The notes below the pieces were generated by a model that searched no databases, had not been told where the DNA came from, and saw nothing but the letters and a program-made list of their open reading frames with translations. Source: Balanoglossus misakiensis (lineage: Eukaryota; Animalia; Hemichordata). Taken from it: a stretch of DNA of 64,000 nt. Below are positions 52,908-64,000 of this stretch, one piece after another. The stretch is from NCBI GenBank assembly GCA_040954595.2, contig CM082578.2:9285519-9349518 (forward strand). Reading direction: 5' to 3'. Within the stretch, counting starts at the first letter, position 1; each line of letters opens with the position of its first letter. Both the position numbers and the translations under genes were made by a program.

Positions 52908-54605
52908 ATGTGCGCTTGATGATAAATGTATTCATACGTACGACTCTTCTTCATGAGAAAGGAGACCTGTTTCTCTCTGATCCTGCAACTTGCAATCACA
53001 TAAACAATTTATTGCTGATGTATTGCTGACAGCACATCGCCATCATTTTTACGCGATTCGCCCCTGAAGATTATGAAAAATTGAGCTTTGATTAATTTAT
53101 GTGGTAAAAGCGATATAAACATCTCGCAAACATGGCAGATAACTGTGTTTATATTCAATATATCTTAGTTCTGGGCCAGCAGTTTTACTGTTATTTTAGC
53201 ATGTACACTATATATCTTATTAGGACGACGCAAAATCAAATAAAAACATCTATAAAACATATAATTAATGATAAATCATGATTGGTAATAATCGATCTGC
53301 TTCAAAGGTCCGGAATTCTTTCTTGACCCAGGGATAGATTTTTCAAGTAGAACTCGCTATTGATGTGTGTGATACTATTGATACTACACTCCTTTTCGAT
53401 AAGACATTTGGTAATAGCAGCCAGATTTTGGCAAACAAAGGTATGGAAAACATTGAGTGCATGGTACTTTATGCTTGAAAGCACATCCGGGTTATATCGC
53501 ATATTTGCATAAATTTCAAATTGTTAAGAGGGGAACATGCTTTTACAAAACTTGAATGAGTTAAATATGCTAACTATACACAAAGACAGAAATTTTTGAC
53601 CAAGGAAAGTCATGAAATACAGTCAACTTATACTACTGTCGACCTTTTACCCAGAATGCAAGTATTATACTGTGATTTGACCCCCTAGCACGAAGTTAAA
53701 ATCTATTTAAGGTACTAACCAGAATTCAGAGCTGAGTGTCCCCAAGCCTGACAAGAATGATGTGCAATATCTCACATCGCAAGTTATAGTTCGATTTCAT
53801 CCAATTCAACCAACTTGTCGCTTGATTGTAACAATGATTCCCGCGCCAGGACTATTTTCTCTTTGCAACAAAACAGTCAGTTTGACCCGACTTATTGCGT
53901 GTGAGAAACGCCATTACACGTTGAATTATATCTCCGTCGCATGGCAGGTACTGAATAGCCCATGCACCGACGCTTTGCAGTGTAAATTGACCTTGGAAGG
54001 CGGAATTTGCGGTTTGGGGAACTTAATTGAGAACTCGTGTTGCACTCTGTCAAGTGGAGAATTGCATTCATTGCCTGACAAAGAACATCCATCAGTTGTT
54101 TGCAATCAATCTGCATTTGTCAGGTTGCGTTTCCTGCATACCAAGGACGTGGCATAGAGTTTGAAAGAAGTCACAATGTAACGGTATCATCTAACGTCAA
54201 TTACTTACATTTTTGCAAGCCTCGCTGCTTATGCCCCACACATCACTAGTTCCATGAGTGGGCAATCATAACCGTACCATTTGTATAAAATTGTATATAG
54301 CTTATTCAGCACTTCGAATCCAGGGCCGAGTTTAATTAAAATTTATAAAATCCATTCTTCGAGGAAGAAAACACCAATCGAAATGAAAGAATGTGCCTAC
54401 CGTAACCTAGAAACTACATTAAGCACAGGTTTTGTTAGTTAAAATGTAAAGAATATAGTGATCTTTTATTATTCTAATTTCATTGTAATTTTGTGATTTT
54501 CTTCGAACAAAGCATACAATGAGACATTTTCTCGGTTTTCAACCATTTCGAAGACTTTATTCGCTGCTTGGAAAAAATAAGTCCTTGGGGGTAGGGTCAC
54601 ACCAC

Positions 54606-54652
54606 ATGAAATGAATGAATGGCTTGGTTGGTTGGTTGGTTGGTTGGTTGGT
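54606..54652. repeat. (ATGA)n-(TTGG)n microsatellite
   Basis: ATGAAATGAATGAATGG then (TTGG)7 at 54624-54651. Confidence 0.9.
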
Positions 54653-55189
54653 AAACATTGACTCACGTCGAACCCCGTCACACATTATATAAAAGAGAAG
54701 TGTACACTTTTTATCTCTGTACTTGTCATGCAGTTCAAGACTTTTTCAATTACACAAAAGTATCAAAGATAAACAAGAACATCAATTCGTTCCTGTTTAC
54801 CGCACAATTGAAATGCTAGACACGATTCAGCTAAAACAAAGTTTGAGTACATGGTTATCTATTAAATTCCCCCTTGGGTGTGATAAAACGCAGGGGCTTA
54901 CAATATCGAGGCAAAGTTGTAATTACATATCATTACGCAGGAACATCACTCCACAAACGACATCGATAGAATGAGTTGATTTTGCATATGTCTGTAATAA
55001 AGCATTGTTGTCGTTACCATGTGTGGGGAGGGGTGTTGGGGAATTGGTTATCCGGCCGCACAAAAATTTGCAAGTAGGACAATTTACATTGAGAGGGGAA
55101 AAAAACGATTGTCTCCAGGGTAACGGTCACTGTGGTAATGAAACCGGAGTGGCATAGCAAGATTTGATTGGTCCCCGAGCTTTCATTTA

Positions 55190-56235
55190 GGGAGCATTCG
55201 TTTTTTACAGGGAGGGGGGGGGCCGGTGGAATTTGAGTCGCCGACTAAATGTAAAAGGCAACCCCCCCTGGAAATTACTTTTCTAAAATGTGACCCCCCC
55301 CCCCAAAAAAAAAAAAAAAAAAAAATTATCCACCGGATTAAACTTATCAAACTTTGTCAGATATTGGTGTATGTTCGACATACCACATAATCAACCATGA
55401 AACCTAGTTCCTTGATTTCCAAGTAGTCCGTTGTCTGCCTGATCTTGTTACGTGAAAGAGTTCATTTTCAATGTCGCCGCTATCACTTTCTGAGTCACTT
55501 TCCGCTGAATCACCTAGTTCACCTATCACTACATGTTCATCTTCTGGTTCACTGTCCTCGTCCAAGTCATCCTCTTCATCCTCCTGCTCATCCTCCTCTT
55601 TGTCCCTCTCATGGTTTACTCTGAGAGTTGTTTGACACAGTTTCCGGCCAATGTGTGCTTCAACTATTTTCAGTTTGTCTTTTTTCAGCATCTTTTTCTC
55701 TGTTGTCAATTTATGTCTGTTCATTTACATGTCTACTGAACATTGTTTTTATTTTTTAAGTATTTGTATTCTGTGTTGGGAGACATTGTAAACCGAGAAT
55801 TGAAGGGGGTGGGTTTGGGAGGGGGTGTCCCCCTCCCACGTAAGAAAATTTTATAAAATACAGAGCTCAAAGCTGCATTTTAATGAACCCAGCAAAAGCA
55901 AATTAACGTCGCCGCTCAAAGTTATCATGGGGTGGGGGCAAGTCCCCTGACCTGGGACACTAGATAAACCAGTCAATGATTGAAAGGTGTTGATGAATGG
56001 AGGGGGTGGGTGTGATTTTGTAGAAAATTTTGTAAAATAAAGGACGCGAAACTGCATTTTTGTGGACTCAAAATAAATATTTAGCCGTCAAAGTTTTCAA
56101 GTCCCCCCCTTTCAGTCCCTATATAATAATCCCTTGATTATAAAATTTGTCCCCCCCTAAAAACTGCTTTGTAAAAGTAAACCCCCCCCTGATTTCCACC
56201 GCCCCCCCCCCTCCCTGTAAAAAACGAATGCTCCC
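55190..56235. mobile_element. Non-autonomous PIF/Harbinger-type DNA transposon, 1046 bp
   Basis: TIR GGGAGCATTCGTTTTTTACAGGGAG(G)nCGGTGGAA at 55190-55231 and inverted at 56194-56235 (41/42 match). TTA direct repeat at 55187-55189 and 56236-56238. GGG termini with a 3-bp TWA TSD are characteristic of PIF/Harbinger. No transposase ORF inside. Confidence 0.88.
55404..55724 (-). pseudogene. 106-aa ORF, probably a captured C-terminal gene fragment: basic N-part, D/E-rich tract, terminal HVTRSGR motif
   Basis: The only ORF with clearly protein-like composition (EEDEQEDEEDDLDEDSEPED...DSAESDSESDSGD), encoded by mixed codons rather than a pure microsatellite. An in-frame TAA lies just before the ATG. 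It sits inside the Harbinger element. Confidence 0.45.
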
Positions 56236-57310
56236 TTACATCGAATTTGTCACTCTAGAATTCCAGGAAAACGAAAAAAGGTAAAAAAAAACTTACAGTG
56301 GCAACATTTCGAAGATGACGTCGACATCGACCTTGATCCCATTAATCAGACGCAACTTCATGTTTATGATGATTATTTTGTGCATCGTTGAGTTTGAATC
56401 AAATTAGTTTCCGTTGTACAAACCAAATGGCCTGAGTACTTCAGCCTAATTGAAAAACATCACTGTGTCCTATATCTCCTTGAATGCACGGTTGTCTACA
56501 TGGACGACTGCAAAAATACTAGTACATCTGTAACGCCTATTTTAAAGCTAAACCAAGTATACGTGATTTAGCTTCAATTACATGTGCGTGGTTTACCTTT
56601 AGAAATGTAAATACGTTTTCGTGTTTTCTTTTAATTCCATGGTGCATCAACGCACATTTCATATAACCACAGACAATCTAACGAGTAGTTAAAATCGCAT
56701 GTCATCTGTATTCGTGTCGGCTGTGGTGAACGTGGCATTGGCCGTGATCTCGTTAAATCCGACACAAAATTACCCGACATTCATTTCACGGACCACTTGT
56801 TCCAAAGCAAATCAGTTTCAATTCAAGCGAAATATTTCAGCCCATTTCCGGACACCTTGAGTCCAACATGCAACATGCATGGTGGGGAATATTGCTATGG
56901 AGCTGCAAAAGGCACATGCATGGCGGATGTTTTATTCTCAGGGACTTCTCGAGGGACACGTTTCTCTCCGTCGCCAAAACGAGAGAGTTCATGACCGCAT
57001 TGGAAATAGCGTAGTGTTCAAGTTTAGCGTATTCGCCGAACATGAACATTCAACTGAGAGAAATCTGAGGGGTCTGAAAGGAGGAGGACCAAATCAACAG
57101 TCTAAACCAGTATAGTTACGTCACGATTTATCTGCAATTATCTATAAAGTTATTTTAGGTAACATCCAAACCACACATGTCAACGCGCCCCCGAAATAAA
57201 CTTCCAACTGTAACGCACCCCGCGGTCGTGACATTAACTACTGGACACCGTTACTCGTTCCGTTAAACAATGGTAATTTTCCCTTATCACAAAACTGAGA
57301 CGGTTGCAGA

Positions 57311-57663
57311 TTATAGATATCCCATACGTCCCAATGCGCGGGTCCTCTTCCGATCGCTTTCACGTCTATGATGGCGAGTTCCAAGCTGCAGTGATTGAGT
57401 CAAGGCGCGGTTCACGGACTCCGATTTAATCTCTCGGAGAATACTGGCTGTCGTCAGAAGTGTTAGACGATTATGCCATGCCCTGCCCAGGGGATGTGCC
57501 CAGATAATCCTTTCTTCAGCCATGCATTTCTTAGCTGAATATCTCCTGTAATGAAATCATATTCTCCAAGGTCCGATTTAGCATATACATGGATGTCATC
57601 TAACCGTGTGAGTAACTGGCGCAGTACAACTATAACACGACACAGACTGTCAAATATGTTCAA
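57311..57663 (-). pseudogene. Tentative decayed Ty3/Gypsy reverse-transcriptase fragment
   Basis: LDDIHVYAKS resembles YLDDILVYSKS, followed across frameshifts by KKC and YLG/HI. Spacing requires several indels. Confidence 0.25.
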
Positions 57664-57698
57664 GGGAATACATACTTATAAGTTAATACTTTTAGAAG

Positions 57699-57761
57699 AC
57701 ACTCACACAAACACACACACACACACACACACAGACCGACCGACCGACAGACAGACAGACA
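57699..57761. repeat. Compound (CA)n-(GACC)n-(GACA)n microsatellite
   Basis: Read directly. Confidence 0.92.
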
Positions 57762-60700
57762 TATATGTACAAACGCAGATGCAAGTTGCAGTGACTTATG
57801 AAGGATGCAACGACAAGGACAAGGTCATACTTCATGTAGAATGAAAAGGAAACACTTTACAACTGACAAAGAAGGTTTCCACAACTATCCGTTTTAAGTC
57901 AAGGGGTTCTATTCTCAATTTCTAACAGATCGTGGTGTAGCTTAAACATTTGAGCGCCGTCAACTGTTCGCCATCGGGCACAGGTCAATGTAACATTTTC
58001 CGTCACTTGAACACGGATAGCAAAGACCTTTAGAAACAACAATGGGGAAAACATCTGCGCCACTATTCATGCTTGCCAGCGAATAAAGAGGGATTAATTT
58101 TAAGGTGACGATAACCTTGACATGCATTAACCATCGCATTCGTTTTATAGTTTGCACCCTTTTGTTTCTGTCATCAATCATACTAGCTTGGCAGCTTTTG
58201 TTCTTCTTAAGTGGCAATCAAACACTGAATGTGAATATTTTTTTTTTTGGGGGGGGGGGAGAGATACGTATTTCAAACGCTTTTATAGCTGGAATTATAT
58301 GCCAGGAAAAGGTGTCTTATGAAAAACGGCGTTGGATGTATGCCTAATACAGAAGCGACAGTAACACTGCAATATTCTGTTTTCATTTTTGTGTTCTTTT
58401 ATGCGATCTTACTAGTAAATATAATAGCGTAAAGGGTTTAGGATATGCCAATCACTAGAACTGGTCAAAAGTAGTTAACAACAGTCAGAATAGAGACGTC
58501 AAACCGTTGAAAGGAGGTCGAAATCGGTTATTAAAAGAGGCATAAATCACCCTTTGTAAATATGGATATTTTAACAACACGTTGTGAGTTTGTGTCAGAT
58601 TTGGGTCATATCACCACCATCCCGTGGCTGCCAAATACAACATTAGCGTGAAATTCTGGTATTGGGGCTGTACGTTGGCCTAATTTAGTTCATCTTCAGG
58701 GCATAAACTGATGAACGCGCAGTATATGAGCGGTAAGTCAAGATTAGAAAGATGCTCATAGGCTGAAAACAGAGCCCCAGCACTTAGCTCGATGAAGTGA
58801 CATACACATTAAGGTATATAAAGTTGTATTTGATAATGGTGTCATAGGTTCATCAACTGGTAAGGCGCCTTGAAATTCTGAACCGGTCCCGTAGAGTTTT
58901 GTAGTGTCACGGATGCCACTCCAATTTTGTATAGTCCATTCTACATTTAGAGAGGCGACATCGCGAAATGCCGTTCACTGTGTTCATCATCAAAAAAGGT
59001 CTGACTGACAACTCTTTCGGGGGCTATAACGAAAATCAATAACCTATGTATGACCATAACACACTTCGTTACGAAGGCCAACATCGTTGTTTTTCCATTG
59101 CATGTTCTCAGTATAGAAACAAATGAATTCTTCAAGGTTAGTCTGTGTGATAGGGTTTCTTTTCGAAAGAAATACAATCTCAGAGATTTAGAGCACAAGA
59201 TGTCTTCAGGGCACAACATCCAGAGGGAAACTCGGTAATTCAACATTACTGATAAACCAATTTCAAAATTAGGATTCGTTGCCCTTGGCCTGTGTGCGGG
59301 ATAAGGGCAAAACGGGTCGACTCGACGTCACAATTTTTATCTGTCCATCGCAAATACCGATAAATATGCTTGAACTCACTTGTCAATGTTTCAGATGTAA
59401 CAGATGGCACCGATAGTATTCTCGACAATAGAAAAAACATTGAGTCCTTTTTCGGAGGCAGCTGGCGCGCTATGAAAGAGAGACACATTCCCGTGCATCT
59501 GCTGGCGTGTCGGAAAGTGTAAATGGGTCAGGTGTGAATTAGATTACTTGTTTTTGAGAGGCGTGTGGTTTTTTGATGTTTTAGTCGGTTAATGCATGGT
59601 GGATGGTGCCCATCCTGCTGTCAGAACATACAATGGGATCTAACTCGTGCAATAGAACGATGTGAACTGCCTTGAAATTATATTATTCAAGCTCATACAT
59701 GCTGCTCCTGTCAAACAGGCTATTCTACACAGTACCCTTCCCTACCAATTTGCACCGCTTCACAGCATGAGAGAAGCCCGGTCATACCAGGAAACATTTC
59801 GATGTAACGAAGACCCGAATACACCATGCTGTCTGCAATTATCCATTTTGGTGTTCGACCAAGGAAAGAGAAAAACGGTTAATTTTCGAGTGGGCGTATT
59901 GGCCACTAGAGGGCAGACGACGGAATGTTCAAAATGTATTTCCGATTTTCCTCACATGCTTTTGTTGTTTTCTCTTTTGATGTGTGCCGTTGAAGGCGTT
60001 ATTATAGTAGTGTGCAGATTTGGTAAAAAGCGGTTTTAGCGTCATGGTCAGGATTTTATAAATGCGCGAATATCGACGAGAACTCGTGCTGCGTTTTGTG
60101 GGGTCGGGTTGCCCAGTATCAAGGCTGTTAAGAAAATCTGTACATTTGGCGGGTTGAGGCCTTCGGTAATTGAGAGAAATCCACAATGCCTGAAAAAAAA
60201 TCTGTTTTGTGTGTCGCATCCTTAATTGGGCGCGACCCTCGTCTGAACCGGATCAGCAACTTTGATAAGTATTTGCGCCCGCGATTCAGTTTTTTCCCCC
60301 GCTAAAGCAACGGCAATCATATCGTTCCAGTTTCGATTTCCCTGTTCGATTTATGAGTACACCGACCTACCAGTATTTACGAAGCCAAACCCTTCCACGG
60401 TAATCTGATCCAGATTTCCAAAAAAAGGCGAACATCACGATAACTTAGAAGACTCACGGCACCTCCTCATCATTTCGTGCGCATCTTTACAATATTTATG
60501 CTTAGTTTTTTTAATGGAGCACCTTTCGCGCAATAAAAATTGCATGGTCCATCAAATTTTAAGACGTGATTACCACCGAAATGTGATATGCGCTATTTCA
60601 TAATTTTTCAAACCTACAGTGATCGAAAAGCGAAGAGCCCCAGGACAACATTGTCACCTACTGCAAATCAAAATTATAGCCAATGGCATGCTGAAGACCT

Positions 60701-61455
60701 TCAAGCTCATATTAAAATTTACAAGATATTAGCTTAACATCAATATGTAACATTATGCGCAGCGCTTAATAAATTAATGCTACCAATTTTGCTACCTTGT
60801 TTCTGCATATTGTCTGAGCATGTATAAACGATAATTCAGTCGTTGGGGCTAGCACACCTCAGCAGTTGTTACTCTATCGTTTTGTCGCAATTTAGCGTAA
60901 AAACTGCAGAAACTAGGGTACCCTTTTCACTTAAGTGAATTAAATTTAGTTTAATGTACGCTGCCTGCCGTTGATAAAAAAGCCAACCTAAATGCCACGA
61001 ATGGTAACGAGATGATTACCTGGTTTTCGGTAACTGTGACATTTAAAAAAAATGTCTCTTCGTTTGAGTCTCTGGGGTTAACAAGGGGTCAGCTGATTTA
61101 CACCCGTTGAAAGAAACTACACAGACTCGATTCCGTGCCATTATCAGCGTCCATGCAATCGCCATCATTTGCACAATTACTGAAAGCGGTTAGGTTGTTA
61201 TCTATTGAACGGAACGATTACAGAGTCGTATTTTCACGGCGACTGAATTAAATAAATCGAATAAATACGATTCACTCGTTAAATTTCCCGACCGACTTGT
61301 AATGGAAGGGATCGGGGTTAATTAAATCAGCCGCGTGATTTACAGAAGGCACCGAAACTGTATTAATAGCCGCTTGGCGATCTCTGGCAAGGGTGTTGTA
61401 GATATTTGTTGAATATCCATATATACTGAAAATAGGAAGATGTGTAAGTATCCCT

Positions 61456-61469
61456 GTTTCTATGGCAAC
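61456..61469. promoter_or_regulatory. RFX X-box consensus match
   Basis: GTTTCTATGGCAAC fits GTHNYYATRRNAAC; a weaker site GTTGCCATGTAAAG lies at 61546-61559. Confidence 0.3.
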
Positions 61470-64000
61470 ATATGTGTCGATGGTCCTATTTTATTTTTGC
61501 CAAACCATGCATTTGTGTTTTGCTGTACATCTCATCGCAGACGGTGTTGCCATGTAAAGCGCCATCGTGCTGGAATTACATTATGTATTCGTTTTCAGCA
61601 ACAGATGCGCACGTTCCCCATGCACCCACTTGAAGTGCGCTGTTTACGGTTAATAATTATAAATCATCGCACAAGACTATAATCGAAAGCGTTTCAACAT
61701 TTTCCTTTTGCCTTTTGAATGCAAAAATGACACTGAAAAATAAAAATTCACTGACAGAATTATTGCAATCGTTTCTGAAATATTTGGTGTTCCGCAAGCA
61801 ACGTGTCACATTAATGTGCTCAATCTTTCTACATTTGATCACGTATAGGTCATATTATCTCGCGATCACTTATTTGCTTTACTAAGTGTCCCTTACGGGC
61901 TTTCATAATATATTGCATAAGGTTACGTATCTTTTTTTCATAAAGAAAGCCACTCAGCAAATCGTGCACAAAATGGTTATCAGTCACGTGCACGCATGAA
62001 ACGCCGGACCCCAATATGAAGAGCGCCCGCAGACCAACTGTCGCCTTTCTCTCATTCCTGTTCACGAGAATATAATTAACTTTCTGTTCCGTGGACATGC
62101 AGTTGCTCACTTGTGATCCCTTGTGAAGATACCATTGACAACAGTCAATAGTTCAGGGTCTTCAATTTTTGACGCTTCCGCAGACGGACAAGTACTTCGC
62201 TATCACTTTCAATTTGAAAGTAATCTTCTCTATAATCGTGCCAAGATCAACTGTTAACTCCCCAGTTGGCGAAGTCTCAACCTTCAGCATTGTGATTGGG
62301 TTGTGCCGATTACACTCAACTCGGGGCAAAACAGCCCAAAGGCAGCAAGCTTACAAGATATACATCATCCACATGGTGTGACCTGTACTTTTTGGCTTTA
62401 ACAATGCATCTCAATAAAGCCTTGTGATAGCAGAGACGCACACCCTCTGCGTGTGTGCATTCACCAGACGGAAATCCAACCCATGTCCAATCACCCACTC
62501 TTCGAGTTAGTTGCCCGCGGTTTGACGGAAACTGGCTTGATTTGTCCAACAAGGTCGGAAAAGTAACCCGTCCCACCGAAGCGGCAGTCTTCAATCATTC
62601 GTTCAGTGAGATCAGTACAATTACGATCAAATGAAACCGTCTCGGGATAAATGCGGTTCTCGACTCAATGCAGGAAAAAAAATCAGGGTGCGAGGGCGGC
62701 AAATTAACAGCGGCCGACCTTTATGCTAACAGATGATAGATTGGAGTACATGGACACATCGGCGCTGTGCCGTGTTCTTGCCCCGCGCTGCCGGAAGCGA
62801 CGAACGTATTTGACATTTTACATCCTGTATGCAAATATTACCTTTTAGGCATGGCTATAGCACAGTCCAAGACGAAAAAGTGTTAATTTACAGTATATAG
62901 TGTTGTACACGTAAGCCATAAATCTTTGTGAGATTTTTTATCGTTGACAAACTCTCAATTTTTTGTCATCGGTATTGACTCTTGCCCACCGTCAACTTCA
63001 AATCTTGGACCTGTTTCGACCAAAAGAAAACTCCCAGCGAGATTTATTAAGCAGTAGCGCCCCCTCTTCTGTTAAAATTGCTAAAAGTGGAAGCTCTTGG
63101 GGTTTTGACAATTTTTACCTGTCCATCAGGATTATAAACAGCGAACGCTTTTCTGTGATCTGTGTATGCGATATTCGCACGCACACAGAATGAGATGCAT
63201 TGACGTCTGATCCATTTGGTTTCCCAGTGGGAAGTAATCCAAAGGGGGGACGGCAAAATATGGCAAATGGTTCTTATAAGGTCGTCGGGTCACTGCCCAC
63301 GTTTTAACTTACCGTCGTCGAGTGACTAGACGGGAAAATTATAGCTAATCGACTTCATCCTAAACGTATTCGCGCGACTTGTCGATCCGATCACTGTTGA
63401 GTAGTTTATTCACCCAATTCCCCTTCGTCATTTTCAAGTTCGTCCCGTGACGACCCACTGCGCAATGGGACTGAAACATGAACGACAGAGTGGATCCCTT
63501 GATTATGACGGCTCGAACTTTCTTTCTGTGTGCGTCTGTGACGACCTCAAAGGAAATCAAGACTTTTCGCGGCCCCCGTGTGATTGCAAATTAAATCTCA
63601 ATATCACGGAATTATTCAAATAATACAGTGAGACAGAATTACTTGGCATGTCATGCCCATCAAAAGGCCAGCATAATTACATTGTTCTATGTCTTGTGCA
63701 GCTTTGATCAAATTCAATTGTCAATTTTGATATACGGCCTAATCGCAAAAACTGATTAAATGAATATGGGAAGGAGCTATATACTCTACCTGCCATGCCC
63801 ATCTAACTAAATTTAAAAGCTGTATAGATGGGCGATTTCTAAAAATGACTGAAATCACAAAAAAGTATGCAAGAATTAAACAAGAATATCCAGGATCAGC
63901 ACGAAATGAACATACATAACCCATTCATCTCCATAGCTCTTCCTGATATACCAAATGATTCATGTACCCAACGTTCACATGTCTACGGCCTATAAAGATG

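Noticed and set aside
53300-53480. Coding-looking + strand stretch (FQVELAIDVCDTIDTTLLFDKTF...)
   Set aside because: Short, needs a frameshift, and shows no recognisable family or clear splice sites.
55305-55325. A21 as the poly(A) tail of a retrocopy of the acidic ORF
   Set aside because: Wrong strand: it reads as poly-T downstream of the minus-strand ORF.

Overview
Non-coding eukaryotic genomic DNA, AT-rich and animal-like. The repeat motifs recall those of a marine invertebrate deuterostome such as a hemichordate (inference from memory, not verified). I recognise no intact host protein-coding gene, rRNA, tRNA or CRISPR array, and nearly all ORF-track entries look like chance ORFs. The dominant feature is a ~21.4 kb array (31471-52828) of about 243 copies of an 88-bp satellite, with both boundaries inside the window. 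The array has a sharp left edge and a decaying right edge. It contains variant blocks repeated at 6-, 8-, 10-, 13-, 30-, 41- and 49-unit offsets, one 65-bp deletion junction, and dyad symmetries within the monomer, and a microsatellite abuts its right end, which suggests birth inside a Helentron/HINE-like element. A young ~1.05 kb PIF/Harbinger-type non-autonomous transposon (55190-56235; 42-bp TIRs, TTA TSD) carries a 106-aa acidic ORF ending in an HVTRSGR motif. The rest is microsatellites, old transposon relics and unique sequence with TF-motif clusters suggesting a regulatory landscape. I cannot demonstrate a new biological system; the best leads are the satellite and the Harbinger cargo ORF.
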